The notes under the pieces: model-generated
Seen by the model: the letters and a program-made list of their open reading frames with translations, nothing else
Database searches by the model: none
What the model was told of the DNA's origin: nothing
Position numbers and translations under genes: made by a program
In this document: in pieces, positions 60,701-64,000 of the stretch
How positions within the stretch are numbered: position 1 is the stretch's first letter
Layout: each line of letters starts with the position of its first letter
Assembly: GCA_964016885.1 (NCBI GenBank)
Contig: OZ024745.1
Span: 620,001 to 684,000, forward strand
DNA length: 64,000 bases
Source of the DNA: Eledone cirrhosa
Lineage: Eukaryota
Direction: 5' to 3'

Positions 60701-63609
60701 TTAGAATAGGTACACTGTATCCCTGTATGTCATAATCCCATGTATATCTAGTTTAGAATAGGTACACTGTATCCCTGTATGTTGTAAGACAATATATATC
60801 TAGTTTAGAATAGGTACACTGTATCCCTGTCTGTCAGAAGACCATGTATATCTAGTTTAAAATAGGTACACTGTATCCCTGTATGTTGTAATACCATGTA
60901 TATCTAGTTACAAATAGGTTCACTGTATCTCTGTATGTTGTAATACCATATATATCAAGTTTAGAATAGGTACACTGTATCCCTGTATGTCATAATACCA
61001 TGTATATCTAGTTTAGAGTAGGTACACTGTATCCATGTATTTTGTAATACCATGTATATCTAGGTTAGAATAGGTACACTGTATCCCTGTATGTCATAAT
61101 ACCATGTATATCTAGTTTAGAATAGATACACTGTATCCCTGTATGTTGTAATACCATATATATCTAGTTTAGAATAGGTACACTGTATCCCTGTATGTTG
61201 TAATACCATGTATATCTAGTTTAGAATAGGTACACTGTATCCCTGTATGTCATAATACCATGTATATCTAGTTTAGAATAGGTACACTGTATCCCTGTAT
61301 GTTGTAATACCATATATATCTAGTTTACAATAGGTACACTGTATCCCTGTATGTTGTAATACCATGTATATCTAGTTTAAAATAGGTACACTGTATCCCT
61401 GTATGTTGTAATACCATGTATATCTAGTTTAGAATAGGTACACTGTATCCCTGTATGCTGTAAGACCATGTATATCTAGTTTAGAATAGGTACACTGTAT
61501 CCCTGTATGTCATAATACCATGGATATCTAGTTTAGAATAGGTACACTGTATCCCTGTATGTCATAATACCATGTATATCTAGTTTAGAATAGGTACACT
61601 GTATCCCTGTATGTTGTAAGACCATATATATCTAGTTTAGAATAGGTACACTGTATCCCTGTATGTTGTAATACCATGTATATCTAGTTTAAAATTGGTA
61701 CACTGTATTCCTGTATGTCATAATACCATGTATATCTAGGTTAGAATAGGTACACTGTATCTCTGTATGTCATAATACCATGTATATCTAGTTTAGAATA
61801 GGTACACTGTATCCCTTTATGTTGTAAGACCATATATATCTAGTTAGAATAGGTACACTGTATCCCTGTATGTTGTAATACCATATATATCTAGTTTACA
61901 ATAGGTACACTGTATCCCTGTATGTTGTAATACCATGTATATCTAGTTTAGAATAGGTACACTGTATCCCTGTACGTCATAATACTATGTATATCTAGTT
62001 TAGAATAGGTACATTGTATCCCTTTATGTTGTAATTCCATATATATCTAGTTTACAATAGGTACACTGTATCCCTGTATGTCATAATACCATGTATATCT
62101 AGTTTAGAATAGGTACACTGTATTCCTGTATGTCATAATACCATGTATATCAAGATTACAATAGGTACACTGTATCCCTGTATGTTGTAATACCATATAT
62201 ATCTAGTTTAGAATAGGTACACTGTATCCCTGTATGTTGTAATACCATGTATACCTAGTTTAAAATAGGTACACTGTATCCCTATATGTTGTAATACCAT
62301 GTATATCTAGTTTAGAATAGGTACACTGTATCTCTGTATGTTGTAAGACCATATATATCTAGTTTACAATAGGTACACTGTATCCCTGTATATTGTAATA
62401 CCATGTATATCTAGTTGAGAATAGGTACACTGTATCCCTGTATGTTGTAATACCATATATATCTAGTTTACAATAGGTACACTGTATCCCTGTCTATTGT
62501 AATACCATGTATATCTAGTTTAGAATAGGTACACTGTATACCTGTATGTTGTAATACGATGTATATCAGGTTTAGAATAGGTACACTGTATCCCTCTATG
62601 TCATAATACCATATATATCTAGTTTAGAGTAGGTACACTGTATCCGTGTATGTTGTAATACCATGTATATCTAGTTTAAAATAGGTACACTGTATCCCTG
62701 TATGCTGTAATACCATGTATATCTAGTTTAGAATAGGTACACTGTATCCCTGTATGTCATAATACCATGTATATCTAGTTTAGAATAGGTACACTGTATC
62801 CCTGTATGTTGTAAGACCATGTATATCTAGTTTAGAATAGGTACACTGTATCCCTGTATGTCTTAATACCATGTATATCTAGTTTAGAATAGGTACACTG
62901 TATCCCTGTAGGTCATAATACCATGTATACCTAGTTTAGAATAGGTATATTGTATCCCTGTATGTTGTAATACCATATATATCTAGTTTACAATAGCTAC
63001 ACTGTATCCCTGTATGTTGTAATACCATGTATATCTAGTTTAGAATAGGTACACTATATCCCTGTATGTTATAATACCATGTATATCTAGTTCAGAATAG
63101 GTACACTGTATCTCTGTATGTTGTAATACCATGTATATCTAGTTTAGAATAGGTACACTGTATCCCTGTATGTTGTAAGACCATGTATATCTAGTTTAGA
63201 ATAGGTACACTGTATCCCTGTATGTCATAATACCATGTATATCTAGTTTAGAATAGGTATACTGTATCCCTGTATGTTGTGATACCATGTATATCTAGTT
63301 TAGAATAGGTACACTGTATCCCTGTATGTTGTAATACCATGTATATCTAGTTTAGAATAGGTACACTGTATCCCTGTATGTTGTGATACCATGTATATCT
63401 AGTTTAGAATAGGTACACTGTATCCCTGTATGTTGTAATACCATGTATATCTAGTTTAGAATAGGTACACTGTATCCCTGTATGTCATAATACCATATAT
63501 ATCTAGTTTAGAATAGATACACTGTATCCCTGTATGTCATAATACCATGTATATCTAGTTTAGAATAGGTACACTGTATCCCTGTATGTCATAATACCAT
63601 GTATATCTA

Positions 63610-64000
63610 GTTTAGAATAGGTACACTGTATCCCTGTATGTTGTAATACCATATATATCCAGTTTAGAATAGGTACACCGTATCCCTGTATGTTATAAGA
63701 CCATATATATCTAGTTTAGAATAGATACACTGTATCCCTGTATGTCATAATACCATGTATATCTAGTTTAGAATAGGTACACTGTATCCCTGTATGTTGT
63801 AATACCATATATATCCAGTTTAGAATAGGTACACCGTATCCCTGTATGTTATAAGACCATATATATCTAGTTTAGAATAGATACACTGTATCCCTGTATG
63901 TCATAATACCATGTATATCTAGTTTAGAATTGGTACACTGTATCCCTGTATGTTGTAATACCATATATATCCAGTTTAGAATAGGTACACCGTATCCCTG
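63610..64000 (+). repeat. 3-monomer (156 bp) higher-order repeat at the right edge
   Basis: ATCCAGTTTAGAATAGGTACACCG recurs with AGGTACACCG at 63671, 63827 and 63983. The first two copies continue with TTATAAGACC and AGATACAC. Confidence 0.85.

Larger units (their letters stand above)
1..64000 (+). repeat. 52-bp tandem satellite array, ~1,230 head-to-tail monomers, running off both window ends
   Basis: The unit TTTAGAATAGGTACACTGTATCCCTGTATGTTGTAATACCATGTATATCTAG recurs every 52 bp (unit starts at 1, 53, ... 781; 3761 to 28981 = 485x52). Most copies differ from consensus by 0-3 substitutions. No non-repeat sequence seen. Confidence 0.99.

Noticed and set aside
1-64000. CRISPR array (conserved part plus variable part per unit)
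   Set aside because: The variable portion is the same sequence with a few substitutions, not unique spacers. No leader or cas genes are present.
1-64000. Telomerase-type telomeric repeat or G-quadruplex array
   Set aside because: The unit is 52 bp with balanced G and C (9 vs 8), lacks repeated G-runs, and variants are inherited in duplicated blocks as in recombination-driven satellites.
1-64000. Hidden information-bearing code in the order of monomer variants
   Set aside because: Variant order is explained by nested block duplications at integer multiples of 52 bp; nothing points to a readout mechanism.
1-64000. Inversions, transposon insertions or RNA genes within the array
   Set aside because: No reverse-complement monomers or non-repeat segments were seen on reading the window.

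Overview
The whole 64 kb window is one uninterrupted head-to-tail tandem array (satellite DNA) of a 52-bp monomer, about 1,230 copies in one orientation. The consensus is TTTAGAATAGGTACACTGTATCCCTGTATG[TTG/TCA]TAATACCAT[G/A]TATATCTAG (about 33% GC). I saw no unique sequence, transposon insertion, inversion, credible gene, RNA gene or CRISPR spacer, and both ORFs in the track are chance read-throughs of the repeat. The array is most consistent with eukaryotic satellite DNA, but I cannot assign a family or taxon. The interesting structure is in the variant pattern: nested tandem and dispersed block duplications of 3 to 110 monomers (including an apparently identical 5,722-bp tandem pair), a TG/CA dimorphism suggestive of CpG deamination, compensating indels that restore the 52-bp register, microhomology-bounded deletions, and a dyad resembling a DM-domain (DMRT/Dsx) site in every monomer. 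I found no evidence for a novel protein-coding system. Block boundaries were read by eye from diagnostic variants and are approximate; the offsets were checked on specific markers.
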